64,000 nucleotides of DNA from Podarcis melisellensis. Its lineage: Eukaryota. The DNA lies in NCBI GenBank assembly GCA_964234715.1, contig OZ174276.1; one strand, given 5' to 3'. The translations under genes were made by a program, and so were the position numbers. Below the pieces are notes generated by a model. That model was given only the letters and a program-made list of their open reading frames with translations, was not told the DNA's origin and ran no database searches. Of this stretch, positions 61,981 to 64,000 are shown one piece after another. Position 1 is the first letter of the stretch. The number at the start of each line of letters is the position of its first letter.

Positions 61981-62246
61981 CATAAGAGCATGAGAAGAAC
62001 TTGTTGGATCAGGCCAATGGCCAAGCTAGTCTGACGTGCTGTTCTCACAGTAGCCAGCCATATGCCAATGGGAGGCACACAAGCAAGGACTTTAGTACAA
62101 CACCACCCTTGCCTCCTGTGTCTTCCAGCACCTGGTGTTCAGAAGCATGCTGCCTCCAACCTTGAAGGCAGAGTATAGCTACTGTGGCTAGTAGCCGCTG
62201 ACAGCCTTTACCTTCTTCAAAGCCACCAAGATTGGTGGCCATCACT
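61981..62246 (-). mobile_element. CR1 3' end fragment
   Basis: CATAAGAGCATGAGAAG..GGATCAGGCCAATGGCC..TTGGTGGCCATCAC; partly the reverse complement of 4930-5090. Confidence 0.78.
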
Positions 62247-64000
62247 GTTCTAAGCCTGGTGACTGTCAGGCACCAGGGGTGTGGGGCTTACTGTCAGAGA
62301 TGAGTTGCAGGTAGCAGCTCAAGATGAACCAAGAGACAGGAACTAGAAGTTGAGCAAGGAGCTCCAGGCGAGGGAACAAGTCTGGACTCATAGCCAAGGT
62401 CGCAATTAGACATCAGAGCTGAAGGAAAGGTAGGGGTCAGTGTCAAACAGCAGTCCAACAGACAAAGAAGGAAGAATAGGGGACAAACCACAGAAATGCA
62501 CCAGATCTCAGGAAGATATTGTTGCTTAAGCAAAGCTTGACCCACAAAATGCCCATTTGTGCACCCCCATTTTTTACACTGTGGTCATGGGGGTAGTATT
62601 TTTGCTTTTATCCCTTGTCATTCTTGTATACTACCTTTTCTTAAATGCTTATGTGTTCCATTTTTCATCTGAATATTCCATATCACTTTTTTTTTTTTTT
62701 TCATTTCATGTCAGCCTTTTGGCCAATAAATGGAGTCTTTCCAATCTGAACTCTCTAGAAAAACCTTCCTGGACCTGATGCCCTCACATCAACTCACATC
62801 AGCCCCAACCGACATTGCCATTCGTCAAGGAAGATGGGAGTTGTAGTCCGAAACATCTGTATGGTACTAGGTAGGAAAAGACTGCTTTAGGATAGTACAA
62901 AGAATCTTGGCACTTTATTCTTAGCTCTCTTTTTTCACACATTGCCCTAAGAATTCATCTACAAGGACCTCAGTCCTTGTAGGACTTTCCAGTCAAAATT
63001 ATGTATAAAGTTAGGCTACTGAAGAACTAAATCTTCCTATTAAGCATGCACTTAAATCTCTCTAGCTGGAATCAATGGGCCTTAAAAGTGCTTCAGCAGA
63101 TTGTGTCCTAAATTATCCATTAGTAATAGAATGTACCTCAGAAATGTTACGATAGCATATTCATGTGTACAGACGTTAACACCTTTGTGAGCATGTCTTT
63201 TAAGGCTGTGTATATGTGTATGTGCAGATGTACGTACATGAACACACTGGTGAATGACATGTAAGAAAACAGATTCCTCCCCCCCCCAACATTCCAGAAC
63301 CAATTTAAAGCAATGGGGGGGATGTAGTATTTACAAGAAACGGACAGCAAAGTCCATCACTCCATTTGAGTAATCTCAGTATTTATTTATGGCCTTTACG
63401 TAAATTTATCCTTTCCCTGCTACTGACTTACCTACAAACTCATACATCTTTAAGTCATTAGAAAAGCTCTAGCAGCAATATTTATTTTCCAGGAATCTTC
63501 GGCTGGGTTGACATGTCTAAACAAAATACTAAAATGGTATCACTGTACAGAGAAAAAACAACTGCAGGGTGACTTTAAAAACAACAACACACACACTGAA
63601 GGCCCTGCTTCTGTTTTGGGTGGCACTTCAAAGAGACACACTTGACACCTACACAAAACCCTGCCTGTATGTTTACTGCGTTGCTAACAGGATCAGTATG
63701 CTTCTGTCGAGAGTATAAACTCACCACAAATGTTATTCTGATCATATGCGATTCTACTGTTTTTGCTTGCATTGGCTGAAATCCTGCATAAGGGTGCCTA
63801 CACATAACTGCCATTGATTTCGGTAGAAACTACACGCAGAGCTGTTTTCATTGATTTGTTGTTGTTGTTTTTCTTCAGCTGTCTCTTACAAATTTACATA
63901 ACCTGAAAGACATATCTTCATAGCACAGAGCTTCATAATCTTCACCCAAGCAGTCATGGCTGACAGGTACCATGGGAAAGAAAAAAATCCCCTTTCTCTT

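Noticed and set aside
1-64000. CRISPR arrays, rRNA, operons
   Set aside because: None seen; the sequence is eukaryotic and its repeats are dispersed transposons or microsatellites.

Overview
Vertebrate nuclear DNA, almost certainly a squamate reptile and probably a lacertid lizard, judged from Sauria SINE, Squam3-like SINE, Bov-B, squamate CR1/L2 ends and abundant Tc1/mariner and hAT MITEs. I found no convincing host protein-coding exon, so the window looks intergenic or intronic: many transposon remnants separated by AT-rich unique DNA that may hold conserved non-coding elements. The main feature is a young, nearly intact 5.0-kb two-ORF non-LTR retrotransposon (RTE-X-like, minus strand, 44725-49735, perfect 12-bp TSD). 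It is nested inside a Bov-B 3' fragment that has its own perfect 12-bp TSD. Its ORF2 (APE endonuclease, RT, CCHC finger) has no ATG ahead of the endonuclease and overlaps ORF1 in the -1 frame. The overlap contains a correctly phased U_UUU_UUA slippery heptamer followed by potential RNA structure, making it a candidate for programmed -1 ribosomal frameshifting in a vertebrate LINE. Other points: Penelope-type hammerhead relics, a bipartite internally deleted CR1, a Tc2-type MITE carrying a pre-miRNA-sized hairpin, a solo LTR inside a MITE and several other nested insertions. Repeat family names come from recognition by eye, not database searches, and boundaries without TSDs are approximate.
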